The notes below the pieces were generated by a model. The model had not been told where the DNA came from, made no database searches, and worked only from the letters and a program-made list of their open reading frames with translations. The position numbers were made by a program, and so were the translations under genes. A stretch of 64,000 nt of DNA from an uncultured Fibrobacteraceae bacterium (GTDB taxonomy: Bacteria > Krumholzibacteriota > Krumholzibacteriia > LZORAL124-64-63), in NCBI GenBank assembly GCA_964343835.1, contig CAYFKR010000017.1, positions 17,985 through 81,984 of the forward strand. Direction: 5' to 3'. The stretch's first letter is position 1, and each line of letters begins with the position of its first letter. Below, in pieces: positions 30,311-40,053 of this stretch.

Positions 30311-30799
30311 ATGCCAGCCTGCACCATCCGGCCCGCCGCGCCGACCGACGCCCCCCTGCTCCTGCGCCTGATCCGCGAGCTGGCAGCGTACGAGAAGCTG
30401 GCTCACGAGGTCACGGCCACCGTCGCGGACCTGGAGCGGTCGCTGTCGGGACCGCGCCCGGAGGCCGAGGCCCTGATCGCCGAGCTCGACGGCGAGCCCG
30501 TCGGCTTCGCCCTCTACTTCCACAACTACTCCACCTTCCTGGGGCGGCACGGCCTGTACCTGGAAGACCTGTACGTGGAGCCCGCCTGCCGCGGCCGCGG
30601 CGTGGGGGAGGCCCTGCTGCGCCGCCTGGCCGCCGTGTCCGTCGAGCGCGGCTGCGGGCGCTTCGAGTGGTCGGTGCTGGACTGGAACGAATCCGCCGCC
30701 GGCTTCTACCGCAACCTGGGCGCCCGCCCCATGGACGACTGGACCGTGTGGCGGGTGGACGGCGAGGCGCTGGAGCAGCTCGCAGGAGACGATGCATGA
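30311..30799 (+). CDS. GNAT acetyltransferase, spermidine/spermine N1-acetyltransferase-like
   Basis: LIRELAAYEK, NYSTFLG..LYLEDLYV..RGRGVG, WSVLDWN..FY. Confidence 0.88.
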   Translation: MPACTIRPAAPTDAPLLLRLIRELAAYEKLAHEVTATVADLERSLSGPRPEAEALIAELDGEPVGFALYFHNYSTFLGRHGLYLEDLYVEPACRGRGVGEALLRRLAAVSVERGCGRFEWSVLDWNESAAGFYRNLGARPMDDWTVWRVDGEALEQLAGDDA

Positions 30800-31170
30800 C
30801 GAGTCATCACAAGCAGACCGAGCCGTTCGTGGTTCCGACCGACGACGGCAAGCTCATCGAGGAGCACTTCGGCGCCGCAAGCTTCGGCGGCGACGACCTG
30901 AGCGTGGCCCGCATGGTCGCGCCACCCGGCTGGAGCGAGCCGGCCCAGACGCCCGAGTTCGACGAGTACACCCTGATGGTATCGGGTCGCAAGCGGGTGG
31001 AGATCGACGGCGAGACCGTCGAGATCGGCCCCGGCGAGTCGCTGTTCGTCCGGAGCGGCTCGCGCGTTCGCTACGCCAACCCCTTCGACGAACCCGCCGT
31101 GTACTGGGCGGTCTGCCGCCCCGCCTTCACCCCCGACCGGGTCCATCGCGAAACCGAGGAGACGCCATGA
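30796..31170 (+). CDS. Cupin-domain protein
   Basis: SVARMVAPPGWSEPAQTPEFDEY cupin motif; translationally coupled on both sides. Confidence 0.85.
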   Translation: MTSHHKQTEPFVVPTDDGKLIEEHFGAASFGGDDLSVARMVAPPGWSEPAQTPEFDEYTLMVSGRKRVEIDGETVEIGPGESLFVRSGSRVRYANPFDEPAVYWAVCRPAFTPDRVHRETEETP

Positions 31171-32831
31171 GGATCACCCTGCTGATCTGCACCCTCGCCC
31201 TGCTCGCCGGCTGCGGCGAGGAGATCCGCCACGAGCAGCCCATCTCCATCGGCACGGTCCGCGAGGCGGAGACCCTCTTCGGCCTCACGTACACCGACGC
31301 GGAACGCGAACTGGCCCTGGCCGACCTCGCCGACCAGCGGGAGGGCTACTTCGATCTGCGGGCCCTGGACCTGCCCAACGAGGTGCGCCCCGCCGTGGTG
31401 TTCCGGCCCTTCCCGGCCGACTGGGAGGCGCCGCGATCCGGCGCCGCGGCCCGCTGGAGCGACCCCGGTGAGGTCCGTCGCCCCGACGATCTCGGGGACC
31501 TGGCCTTCGCCACCGTCGGGGAGCTGTCCGCCCTGCTCGAGCGCCGCCTCGTGACCAGCGAGGAGCTCACGAACGTGTTCCTGGACCGCCTCCGTGCTTA
31601 CGGCCCCGAGCTGGAATGCGTGGTGACGCTGACGGAGGACCTGGCCCTGGAGCAGGCCCGCGCCGCCGACCGTGAGATCGCCACCGGCAGTCGCCGCGGT
31701 CCGCTGCACGGCGTGCCCTATGGCGTGAAGGACCTGCTGGCGGTGTCGGGCTATCCCACCACGTGGGGCGCCCAGCCGTACCGCGACCAGGTGATCGACG
31801 ACACGGCCACCGTGGTCGCGAAGCTCGAGGAGGCGGGCGCCGTGCTGTGCGCCAAGCTCACCCTCGGCGCCCTGGCCTGGGGCGACGTCTGGTTCGGCGG
31901 CGTGACGCGCAACCCCTGGAACCTGGAGGAAGGCAGCAGCGGTTCGTCGGCGGGGCCGGCGTCGGCGGTGGCGGCGGGGCTGGTGCCCTTCGCCATCGGA
32001 ACCGAGACGTGGGGGAGCATCGTCAGTCCGTCCACGCGCTGCGGCCTGACGGGCCTGCGCCCCACCTTCGGCCGCGTGAGCCGCGCCGGCGCCATGGCCC
32101 TGAGCTGGACCATGGACAAGATCGGTCCCATGGCCCGCTCGGTGGAGGACTGCGCCCTGGTCTTCGACGCCATCCGCGGCACCGACGGCCTCGATCCGAC
32201 CCTCGTGGACGCGTCGTTCTCCTACGACCCGGACATGAGCTGGGAAGGGCTGCGCATCGGCTACCTCGTCACCGAGTTCGAACGGGAGCGCGACGGCAAG
32301 GTGCTGGACGACGTTGCCCTGCAGACCCTCCGCGCCCTCTGCGAGCGCCGCGGCGCCGAACTGGTGCCGGTGTCGCTACCCGAGCGCGACGCCATGCCCA
32401 TCAGCGTGGTGCTGTCGGTGGAGGCGGCCGCGGCGTTCGAGGAGCTCACCCTCTCCGGCCGCGACGACGAGCTCGTCAGCCAGATCCGGTACGCCTGGCC
32501 CAACGTCTTCCGTTCCGCCCAGCTCGTACCGGCCACGGCCTACGTGCAGGCCAACCGCGCCCGCTCGCTGCTCATCGAGGAGATGGGGGAGCTGTTCCAG
32601 ACCATCGACCTCTACGTGTGCCCGTCGTTCGGCGGCCAGAACCTGCTGGTCACCAACCTGACCGGCCATCCGTGCGTGGTCATGCCCAACGGCTTCACCG
32701 ACGACGACTCGCCCCACTCCTGGACCTTCGTGGGCGACCTCATGGACGAAGCCACGCTCATGGCCGTGGCCAAGGCTTGGCAGGACGCGGCCGGGTGGAC
32801 GGCCATGAACCCTCCGCTCTACGAGCCCTAG
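31167..32831 (+). CDS. Amidase-signature family lipoprotein
   Basis: Lipobox LAGC; GPLHGVPYGVKD, GSSGSSAG and GTETWGSIVSP (Lys-cisSer-Ser triad). Confidence 0.9.
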   Translation: MRITLLICTLALLAGCGEEIRHEQPISIGTVREAETLFGLTYTDAERELALADLADQREGYFDLRALDLPNEVRPAVVFRPFPADWEAPRSGAAARWSDPGEVRRPDDLGDLAFATVGELSALLERRLVTSEELTNVFLDRLRAYGPELECVVTLTEDLALEQARAADREIATGSRRGPLHGVPYGVKDLLAVSGYPTTWGAQPYRDQVIDDTATVVAKLEEAGAVLCAKLTLGALAWGDVWFGGVTRNPWNLEEGSSGSSAGPASAVAAGLVPFAIGTETWGSIVSPSTRCGLTGLRPTFGRVSRAGAMALSWTMDKIGPMARSVEDCALVFDAIRGTDGLDPTLVDASFSYDPDMSWEGLRIGYLVTEFERERDGKVLDDVALQTLRALCERRGAELVPVSLPERDAMPISVVLSVEAAAAFEELTLSGRDDELVSQIRYAWPNVFRSAQLVPATAYVQANRARSLLIEEMGELFQTIDLYVCPSFGGQNLLVTNLTGHPCVVMPNGFTDDDSPHSWTFVGDLMDEATLMAVAKAWQDAAGWTAMNPPLYEP

Positions 32832-35491
32832 GATCGGTCCTTGCGCCGTCTTCGCGCCGACATGATCGCGGCGAACGCCCCGGCGAACGCCGCGATCCAT
32901 ACCGCCGCAGAACTCCCCCGAGCCTCAAGCGGCACCGTCGTCTCCCCGTCGCCGATCACCACGAATCCCGCCCAGGCGAACGGGTGGGCCGTGGCCGGGT
33001 CGGCGCGCAGGTCGGCCTTGGCGTCGGCCAGGGCTTCGGCTACCGGCGCGCCGTCCTTCAGCCGCTCGTAGAACTCGTCCATGAGCAGGGCCGTCAGGTC
33101 GTCGTCCACCGGCCAGAGCGACGCCACCACGGCGGTGGCGCCCGAGGCCAGGAACGCGCCGGCCAGCCCCTGCACCCCCTCGCCCGACAGCACGCGTCCG
33201 GTGGCCGAACCGCAGCTCGCCAGCACCACCAGTTCCGCCTCGAGGTCCATGGCGGCCACCTCGACGGCGCGCAGCATGTGGTCGGGGCCCGGGCCGAGCA
33301 GCACGGCCGACTGCCACGCGTTCACATCGTCGGCCCGCACGTGGGCGGCCACGTGGATGGCGCCGTAGGGGGCGAGGTCCGCCTCGGCGGGCAGGGGGTC
33401 GGGATCCGGGCAGCTCAGGATGGTGACTGACGGCAGGGCGTCGGCCAGACGGCGACCCTGCCAGTCCGCTCCGGCCAGGTCGCCGGCGCCGGACGTGAGG
33501 ACCAGCACGTCGACGGCGTCGCGGTCCGTCCCGGCCGCCGCCGTGTGGGCGGCGTGGAGTTCGGCCAGGACGGCGGTGGAAGGGACGCGGCTCCAGGTGG
33601 CGTCGCCGTCGGCGAGCAGGGCCAGGGGGGCCAGGTGGAGGGGGCCGTCGGGGACGATGGTCACGGTGGCGGCGGTGGCCAGGACACCGTCGACGCCGCC
33701 GAGGAGGAGGTCGTGCAGGGCCGTCGCCGTTTCCCTGCGGGCCCCGTCGCTCGATCCGGGATCGGCCAGCAGGTCGCGCCACGCCGTCAGCCCTTCGGCC
33801 ACCTCGTCGGCGGGCGGGATCGTCGCCGCGATGCACGTGTCGCCGGAAAGGGCGAACACGAGACCGCCGGACGCGCCGGCATAGAAGTCCAGCAGCACTT
33901 CCCCGTCGGCCAGCACGCCCGTGCGCAGGTCCGCCGCCGTGGGCGCGGCGAACGCCGTGTCCGTGTCGGCGACGCCGGGGCCCAGCAGCCGTTCGCGCAG
34001 GGTGCGCGCCTTGGCGATCTGGAGGCGGTCGAAAGCGGCTTCGGCGCCGTCGCGGGCCAGCAGGGCGGCGCCGAGGCGGGCGAAGACGGCCCGGCCGGTG
34101 GAACCGCGCTCCTCGCGCCAGTCGGGGTCGAGGGGGAGGGAGCGCTCGGTCTCCCAGAGGGCCGCCGCGGCCTCGAGGCGGGCCAGGGCGCCGTCGGTGT
34201 CGCCGCGGCCCTCGAGCAGGGTGGCGCGCATCAGTTCCACGTCCAGGCCGTTGCGGGCGCGGGCGGGGCCCATGAGCTCGTCGGCGCGGTCCAGCAGGGG
34301 CTCGGCCTCGTCGTCGCGGCCGAGGCGGAGCAGGGTGGCGGCGCGGGCCAGGTCCAGGTTCAGGCGGACCTGGGAGGTCATGTCGCCGGTCATCAGGATG
34401 GCCGCGTGATCCAGGCTGGTCAGGGCGCCCTCGTGATCGTCGCGATCGGTCATCAGGGAGGCGATCCCCAGCAGGATCTCCACGCGTTCCAGCACGGGCC
34501 GCTCGTCGCCCAGGTCCAGGGCCTCGCGGTAGAGCCGCTCGGAGGCGGCCGGGTCGCCGTGGTCGCGCTCGATCTCGGCCAGCTTGCGCAGGGCGCGGGC
34601 CTCGTAGTCGGTGAACCCGGACTCGCGGCAGGTCGCCAGCTCGGCCGTGAGGGCTTCGCGCGCCTCGTCCACCCGTCCCAGCAGCGCCAGGCAGCCGCCG
34701 CGGTTCAGGGCCGGGGGCATGCGCTCCCAGGCCTGGCCGAGGGAGTCCCAGACGGCCACGGCGCGGGTGTAGTGGAACAGCGACACGTCGGGCCGGCCGA
34801 GGGCGAACTGCAGGCCGGCCACGTTGTTGCGGGTGATGGCCTCGTGGCGGGCGAATCCCTCGGTGCGGGCGATGCGGGCCACGCGGGCCCATCCCGCCGA
34901 GGCGCCCTCGTAGTCGCCCAGGTGGAAGTGGGCGTTGGCCTCGCCCAGCTCGGCCCACAGGGCGCCCTCGCCGTCGCCGGCGGCGGTGAAGAGGGCGGCG
35001 GCGCGGGCGTAGAAGTCGCGGGCGGCGGGGTGGTCGCGGCGCAGGTCGGCGTCCCAGCCCAGGCCCACGTTGGCCCAGGCCTCGTGGATGGTGTCGCCCA
35101 CGGCGGCGGCCTGGGCGGCCAGGCGGGTGTATTCGACCAGGGCGTCCTCGTTGCGGCCCTGGGCGGTCAGCGCCACGCCCAGCCAGCGGCGCGGGGCGCA
35201 GGCCAGGGAGGAGTCGCCGGTCGCGGCGGCCAGGTCGAGGGCCCGGCGCAGGCCCTCCTCGGCGCCGCCGGGATCGTCCATGTTCTTCAGGTAGCGGCCC
35301 CGGGTCACGAGATGGCCGATCCACGACGCCGTGTCGCCGTCGGCCTCCGCGAGGGCCAGGTCGGCATCCACCATCGCCATGGCCTCGTCGCGCAGGTCGG
35401 CGTTCCAGAGGGAGTCGGATTCCGCGGTTCCTGCGGCTGCGGAAGAGGCGATCACGGCGACGAGAAGCAGGAGAGGGAGCGTGCGGGGCAT
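32828..35491 (-). CDS. Exported TPR-CHAT (caspase-like) protein with C-terminal TM anchor
   Basis: Signal peptide; TPRs; CHAT motifs IVPDGPLHLAP, IHVAAH, VVLASCGS, GEGVQGL, ASLWPVDD, HPFAWAGF; C-terminal hydrophobic helix followed by RRRRK. Confidence 0.9.
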   Translation of the reverse strand: MPRTLPLLLLVAVIASSAAAGTAESDSLWNADLRDEAMAMVDADLALAEADGDTASWIGHLVTRGRYLKNMDDPGGAEEGLRRALDLAAATGDSSLACAPRRWLGVALTAQGRNEDALVEYTRLAAQAAAVGDTIHEAWANVGLGWDADLRRDHPAARDFYARAAALFTAAGDGEGALWAELGEANAHFHLGDYEGASAGWARVARIARTEGFARHEAITRNNVAGLQFALGRPDVSLFHYTRAVAVWDSLGQAWERMPPALNRGGCLALLGRVDEAREALTAELATCRESGFTDYEARALRKLAEIERDHGDPAASERLYREALDLGDERPVLERVEILLGIASLMTDRDDHEGALTSLDHAAILMTGDMTSQVRLNLDLARAATLLRLGRDDEAEPLLDRADELMGPARARNGLDVELMRATLLEGRGDTDGALARLEAAAALWETERSLPLDPDWREERGSTGRAVFARLGAALLARDGAEAAFDRLQIAKARTLRERLLGPGVADTDTAFAAPTAADLRTGVLADGEVLLDFYAGASGGLVFALSGDTCIAATIPPADEVAEGLTAWRDLLADPGSSDGARRETATALHDLLLGGVDGVLATAATVTIVPDGPLHLAPLALLADGDATWSRVPSTAVLAELHAAHTAAAGTDRDAVDVLVLTSGAGDLAGADWQGRRLADALPSVTILSCPDPDPLPAEADLAPYGAIHVAAHVRADDVNAWQSAVLLGPGPDHMLRAVEVAAMDLEAELVVLASCGSATGRVLSGEGVQGLAGAFLASGATAVVASLWPVDDDLTALLMDEFYERLKDGAPVAEALADAKADLRADPATAHPFAWAGFVVIGDGETTVPLEARGSSAAVWIAAFAGAFAAIMSARRRRKDRS

Positions 35492-35522
35492 GGCCGACCT
35501 CGGAGCGGGGGTTGCGGGCTGC

Positions 35523-35551
35523 TTGACGGGGATGCGCTGGAATCCGACAAT
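35523..35551 (+). promoter_or_regulatory. sigma70-type promoter, possibly leaderless, for the ECF sigma gene
   Basis: TTGACG-N17-GACAAT, 8 nt before ATG 35560; no SD. Confidence 0.45.
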
Positions 35552-35559
35552 AGCTGATC

Positions 35560-36186
35560 ATGTCCATCGGAACCACAAGGGAACACGCGCCCCACGCGTG
35601 GGATGAAGCGGATCTGGCGACCGGCCTCATGGCCGGCGACGGCGCCGTGCGCGCCGCATTCGTGGAGCGTACCCACGACGCGGTCTACCCCTGGACCTGC
35701 CGTCTCACCACGGACCGCGACCTGCGCCGCGACTGGACCCACGACGCCTTGCTCCGCGTGATGGACGACCTGCGCTCCGGCGCCTTCGAGTACCGCCGCC
35801 CCGGATCGTTCTGGGCCTGGTTCCGCACCCGCGCCCGTTTCCTGGTTCTGGAGTCGCGCCGTCGAGAGACGGTCCACGCGCAGCGCGAGACCCTGTCCGT
35901 CGAAGGCGACGTGCCGGACCGCCCCGCCACCGACGACCCCTCCCTCGACCTGGAGGAGACCGAGGCCGCCGCCGCCCTCGCCGCCTGCCTCGACGGTCTG
36001 GACAACCGCGACCACGCCCGCGCCCTCGAACTCCGCGCCGTGGAGGACCAGCCCTACGAGCGCATCGCCGAGATCATGGACGCGCCGCTGAACACCGTCC
36101 GCGCCTGGATCCGCCGCGGACGCACCCAGCTGCGCCGCTGCCTGGCCGCGCGGTTCGGCTGGACCCTGCCGGAGGAGGAGGCGTGA
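35560..36186 (+). CDS. ECF-type RNA polymerase sigma factor
   Basis: DWTHDALL, SFWAWF and YERIAEIMDAPLNTVRAWIRRGRTQLRRCL. Confidence 0.88.
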   Translation: MSIGTTREHAPHAWDEADLATGLMAGDGAVRAAFVERTHDAVYPWTCRLTTDRDLRRDWTHDALLRVMDDLRSGAFEYRRPGSFWAWFRTRARFLVLESRRRETVHAQRETLSVEGDVPDRPATDDPSLDLEETEAAAALAACLDGLDNRDHARALELRAVEDQPYERIAEIMDAPLNTVRAWIRRGRTQLRRCLAARFGWTLPEEEA

Positions 36187-36194
36187 TGAGCGGT

Positions 36195-36221
36195 GCAACT
36201 TTCCGCGCCCCCCGCCCCGTG
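36195..36221 (+). promoter_or_regulatory. ECF-type promoter copy 1
   Basis: GCAACTTTCCGC with CGT 18 nt after AAC; upstream of the anti-sigma gene. Confidence 0.65.
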
Positions 36222-36247
36222 TTGACGGCCGACAGGGAGGAGACGCC

Positions 36248-37012
36248 ATGAGCGGAACGAACGGACATCCGCTGGATCTGATCCTCGGATACGAGGAACT
36301 CGATCACGACGAGCGCGCGCGGGCCGACGCCCACCTGGCCGGCTGCGAGCCGTGCCGTCGACTGCTGGACGACTGCGGTGCGGCCGAGTCCCGCGGGGTC
36401 GATGCGATCGCCATCGACCTCGACGACCCCCTCGCCGGCCACGACCCGTCCGTGCGCGCCGACGCCGACGCGAGCCGCGCCGAGCTGCTGGCCCGCCTGC
36501 CCGCCGGCTCCACGTCGGTGGCCTGGTGGCGCCGCGGCGACACCGCCATGGGCCTGCTGGCCCTGGCCGCCGTCTTGGTGGCCCTGGTGGTCTTCGGCCC
36601 CTGGACCGCCGACGACGGGGCGCCCTTCGAGGGGTTGCGCCTGGCGCCGTCGGTGGTGGCCCGCGACGAGGGCGTACACCTCGAACCCGGCGACCCCTTC
36701 TCGATCCGCTTCGTCCCGGCCGCCGACGGCTGGCCGGTGGTGGTCCGTGTCGGCGGTGACGGCGCCGAACTGGTGTGCCCGACCCCGGACCTGGAAGGCT
36801 GGCGCGTACGCGCCGAGCGCCCCGCCGTGATCCCGCCGCCCGGCGCTGGCGTGGAGTGGACATTGCCGGCCGGCGCCGACGGCCGCTGGCTGGTCGCCCT
36901 GTCCGCGGATCCGGTGGCCGACCCGGCCGCCCTGGCGGCCGAACTGGCCGCCTCGGACAATCCCCTCGATCTGCTCCAAGGCCGCTTCGGGCGGGCGGCA
37001 GAGGTGCCGTAG
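36248..37012 (+). CDS. zf-HC2 anti-sigma factor with TM helix and extracytoplasmic domain
   Basis: HLAGCEPC; TM GLLALAAVLVALVVFG; GGAGGAG RBS. Confidence 0.82.
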   Translation: MSGTNGHPLDLILGYEELDHDERARADAHLAGCEPCRRLLDDCGAAESRGVDAIAIDLDDPLAGHDPSVRADADASRAELLARLPAGSTSVAWWRRGDTAMGLLALAAVLVALVVFGPWTADDGAPFEGLRLAPSVVARDEGVHLEPGDPFSIRFVPAADGWPVVVRVGGDGAELVCPTPDLEGWRVRAERPAVIPPPGAGVEWTLPAGADGRWLVALSADPVADPAALAAELAASDNPLDLLQGRFGRAAEVP

Positions 37013-37030
37013 AAAACCCTCGATCCAGCC

Positions 37031-37057
37031 GCAACTTTCCGCAGCGCCTGATCCGTC
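37031..37057 (+). promoter_or_regulatory. ECF-type promoter copy 2
   Basis: Identical 12-mer GCAACTTTCCGC with CGT 18 nt after AAC; upstream of the large secreted protein. Confidence 0.65.
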
Positions 37058-37104
37058 TTCCCCCCGTTCCACGCACGCTCACTTCCCATCGGGGGGACTC
37101 CGAC

Positions 37105-39996
37105 ATGCTCCGCATCCTGACCGTGTTCCTGCTCCTGCTGGCCGCCTCGTCCACCCTGGCCGCCGACTTCATCGTGTACCCCAACGGCTTCGGCGGCACC
37201 CACCGCAACATCGCCGAGGCGGTGGCGGCCGCCACCCACGGCGACCGCATCTTCCTGATGAGCGGCGTGTTCTCCGGCACGGGCAACCGCGACGTGCTGG
37301 TCTACCGCGACATCGAGATCCGCGCCAACGACGGTCCGGGCACCGCGATCATCGACTGCGGCGGTTCGTCGGCGGAGCCCCATCGGGCGTTCCGGTTCGA
37401 ATACTGCGCCGCCACCCTCTACGGCGTGACGATCCGGGGCGGCTACGCCGTGAACGGAGGCGCCGTGACGGTGGAGGAGGGCTCGACGACCCTCACGCTC
37501 TGCACGTTCATGGACAACACGGCCTCGTCGTACGGCGGCGCCCTGGACGTGTTCGAGGAGGCCAACCTCACGATCGAGCGCTGCACCTTCGACTCCAACC
37601 GCGCCGACCTGCGCGGCGGCGCCGTGATGATCCGCTCCTGGTCCGACGTGCAGATCTCCCAGGGCACGTTCTTCGCCAACGGCTCTCCCGAGGGCGCCCA
37701 CCTCTTCCTGATCGAGGACGCCACCTCGTCCATCGACCGCAGCCTGCTGGTGTGGGGCCACGAGGGCACGGCGGTGTCCGACTACTACGGCGGCGCCGTG
37801 ACCGTCACGTGCTCCGACGTCTTCGGCAACCGCGACGGCGACTGGGTGAACACCATCGCCGGCCAGGCCGGCGGCGGGAACCTGAGCGTCGATCCCGAGA
37901 TGTGCGACCCCATGGGCGACCATTACGGCGTGGTCGTCACCTCGCCGGTCTACACCGCCAGCACCTGCGGCTGGATGGGCGCCGTCGGAGGCGACTTCGG
38001 CTGGAGCGACCCCGTCTACGGCGTGCGCGCCGACGGCCGCGGCATGTACGGCACCATCCAGGAGGCCATGGACGCCATCGACCCAGGCATGGAGATCGTG
38101 CTGGAGGACGGCGTCTACGACAGCGACGGCAACGTGAACCTCGACCCGGCCGGCAAGGCCATGACCCTGCGCTCGCGCAGCGACGACCCGACCCTGTGCA
38201 TGATCCAGGGGAACGACTGCGGCATGTACGGCGTCGGCTGTCCGGCCCTGGTCCTCAACGACGGCGAAGGGAGCGAAACGGTCTTCGAGGGACTCGGATT
38301 CGAGTCCAGCTGGATCCTCGGCATGGTCGAAATCCACGGGGCGGTGGGCGCCCGCTTCCGGAACTGCCTCTTCGGCTACGACGCGTGGAGTCCTCCGGTC
38401 GATTTCGCGGGCATGGGCGCGACCCCGACCGTGTCGTTCACGGACTGCGTCTTCAACGCCAGGATCACCGGGGACAGCTGGGCGCTGAACCTTGAAGGCT
38501 GCACCGTGTACAGCAAGCTCTTCCAGGACTCGCCCGCCGGCGGCACGATCCGCAACACCCTTTTCGAGGGCTGCACGGGCGGAGCCTCCGACATCGGCGG
38601 CGCGGTCTACATCGCCGACTCCACGGCCCCCATCCTCTTCCAGTCGACGGACTTCGTGGACTGCAGCATCTCGGGCGGCACCCGCAACTTCGGCGGCGCC
38701 GTCTACCTCAACGACCCGAACGAGGTCACCTTCAACGGATGCGAGTTCACGGGCTGCCATGCGGACAGCCTGGGCGGCGACATCTACGTGCGCGTGGACT
38801 GGGGCGGATCGAGCGTGAACCTCGAGTCGTGCCTGTTCACCGGGACCGGTCTTCCCACCGCCTTCCGGGGCGGCAGCCTCAGCACCGGGAGCCTGCCCGT
38901 CACCGCCACCGAATGCGTCTGGAGCAACTACGCGGCGGAAAGCAGCGGAGGGGCCATCAGTTTCTACAGCTCGACCCTGACCATGACCGAATGCCGCATC
39001 GAGGACTCGAGCGCCGGGCGAGCGGCCGCCTTGTCCGGCCACCAGGCATCGGTCGACCTGACCGACTGCGGCTTCTATCGGAACAGCGCCTCCGGGTTCG
39101 CCGGGGCGATCGAGATCACGGCCTCGGAGCTCGCCATGTCCTACTGCAACCTGGTCGGCAATTCGGCGGGGTACTCGGGTGCCGTCCAGATCACCGGCCA
39201 TAAGGACGGCGCTGAGCACGTGTTCGACCATGTCGTGTTGGCGGAGAACACGGCGGGTGCCGGAGCGGGCGGCGTCGAAGTCATCGATGCCCACGCGCGC
39301 TTCGAGCAGTGCACCATCCACGGCAACGAGGTGAACTCATCTTCCTATGACCGCGGTCAGGTCTCGGTCTCGGACGATGCCCGCGTCGACCTCTACCACA
39401 CCCTCGTGACGGGTTCGCAGTCCACGTCGGCGCTGGACTTCTCGACGTACGGGAGCACCCCGGGCTTCGCCACCGCCTACTGTTCCAACGTCTACGGCAA
39501 CGTCGGCGGCGACTGGACCGGCCCCCTGGCCGGCATGCTCGGCTCGGACGAGAACATCTCCGTCTCGCCCGTCTACTGCGACCCCATGAACGGCGTGCTG
39601 ACCCTCAACGAGGTGTCGCCCTGCCTGCCCGACAACAACGCGTGCAGCACGCAGATCGGGGCCAAGGGCCTGGGCTGCAGCGGCCCGTCGACCGGGGTGG
39701 GCGATCCGGTGGTCGCTGCACCGGTTCTGGACGGCGCCTTCCCCAACCCGTTCAACCCCACCACGACCATCGCCTACGAGCTGCCGCGCGACGCGGCGGT
39801 GACCCTGACGATCCACGACGCGGCGGGCCGCCTGGTGCGTACCCTGCGTTCCGACGACTTCGAGGCGGCGGGCCGGAGGGAGGCCCTTTGGGACGGCCGC
39901 GACGACGGCGGTCGTCCCATCGCCTCGGGGGTGTACCTGGTGCGGATGAAGGCCGCGGGAGTGGTGCAGGTGGAGAGGGTCGCGTTGATCAAGTGA
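37105..39996 (+). CDS. Large secreted right-handed beta-helix protein (two modules) with C-terminal FlgD-Ig/T9SS-like domain
   Basis: Signal peptide; GGA(V/I/L) repeats; two CS(D/N)V(F/Y)GN.GDW..CDPM modules; C-terminal FPNPFNPTTTI..WDGRDDGG..ASGVY. Confidence 0.88.
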   Translation: MLRILTVFLLLLAASSTLAADFIVYPNGFGGTHRNIAEAVAAATHGDRIFLMSGVFSGTGNRDVLVYRDIEIRANDGPGTAIIDCGGSSAEPHRAFRFEYCAATLYGVTIRGGYAVNGGAVTVEEGSTTLTLCTFMDNTASSYGGALDVFEEANLTIERCTFDSNRADLRGGAVMIRSWSDVQISQGTFFANGSPEGAHLFLIEDATSSIDRSLLVWGHEGTAVSDYYGGAVTVTCSDVFGNRDGDWVNTIAGQAGGGNLSVDPEMCDPMGDHYGVVVTSPVYTASTCGWMGAVGGDFGWSDPVYGVRADGRGMYGTIQEAMDAIDPGMEIVLEDGVYDSDGNVNLDPAGKAMTLRSRSDDPTLCMIQGNDCGMYGVGCPALVLNDGEGSETVFEGLGFESSWILGMVEIHGAVGARFRNCLFGYDAWSPPVDFAGMGATPTVSFTDCVFNARITGDSWALNLEGCTVYSKLFQDSPAGGTIRNTLFEGCTGGASDIGGAVYIADSTAPILFQSTDFVDCSISGGTRNFGGAVYLNDPNEVTFNGCEFTGCHADSLGGDIYVRVDWGGSSVNLESCLFTGTGLPTAFRGGSLSTGSLPVTATECVWSNYAAESSGGAISFYSSTLTMTECRIEDSSAGRAAALSGHQASVDLTDCGFYRNSASGFAGAIEITASELAMSYCNLVGNSAGYSGAVQITGHKDGAEHVFDHVVLAENTAGAGAGGVEVIDAHARFEQCTIHGNEVNSSSYDRGQVSVSDDARVDLYHTLVTGSQSTSALDFSTYGSTPGFATAYCSNVYGNVGGDWTGPLAGMLGSDENISVSPVYCDPMNGVLTLNEVSPCLPDNNACSTQIGAKGLGCSGPSTGVGDPVVAAPVLDGAFPNPFNPTTTIAYELPRDAAVTLTIHDAAGRLVRTLRSDDFEAAGRREALWDGRDDGGRPIASGVYLVRMKAAGVVQVERVALIK

Positions 39997-40014
39997 TCCG
40001 CTTCATCGTAGGAG

Positions 40015-40040
40015 AGGGGGCGCCGGGGTCGGCGCCCCCT
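40015..40040. terminator. Hairpin between convergent genes
   Basis: AGGGGGCGCCG-GGGT-CGGCGCCCCCT. Confidence 0.7.
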
Positions 40041-40053
40041 TCGTCATAGGGGA

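Noticed and set aside
32828..37012. Type III-E CRISPR (Craspase) locus
   Set aside because: No Cas7-11 gene or array; the CHAT protein has export signals.
36304..39321. 1005-aa minus-strand ORF and similar long shadows (11600-13858, 48964-51531, 52994-55258)
   Set aside because: Antisense to well-supported genes; low-information composition.
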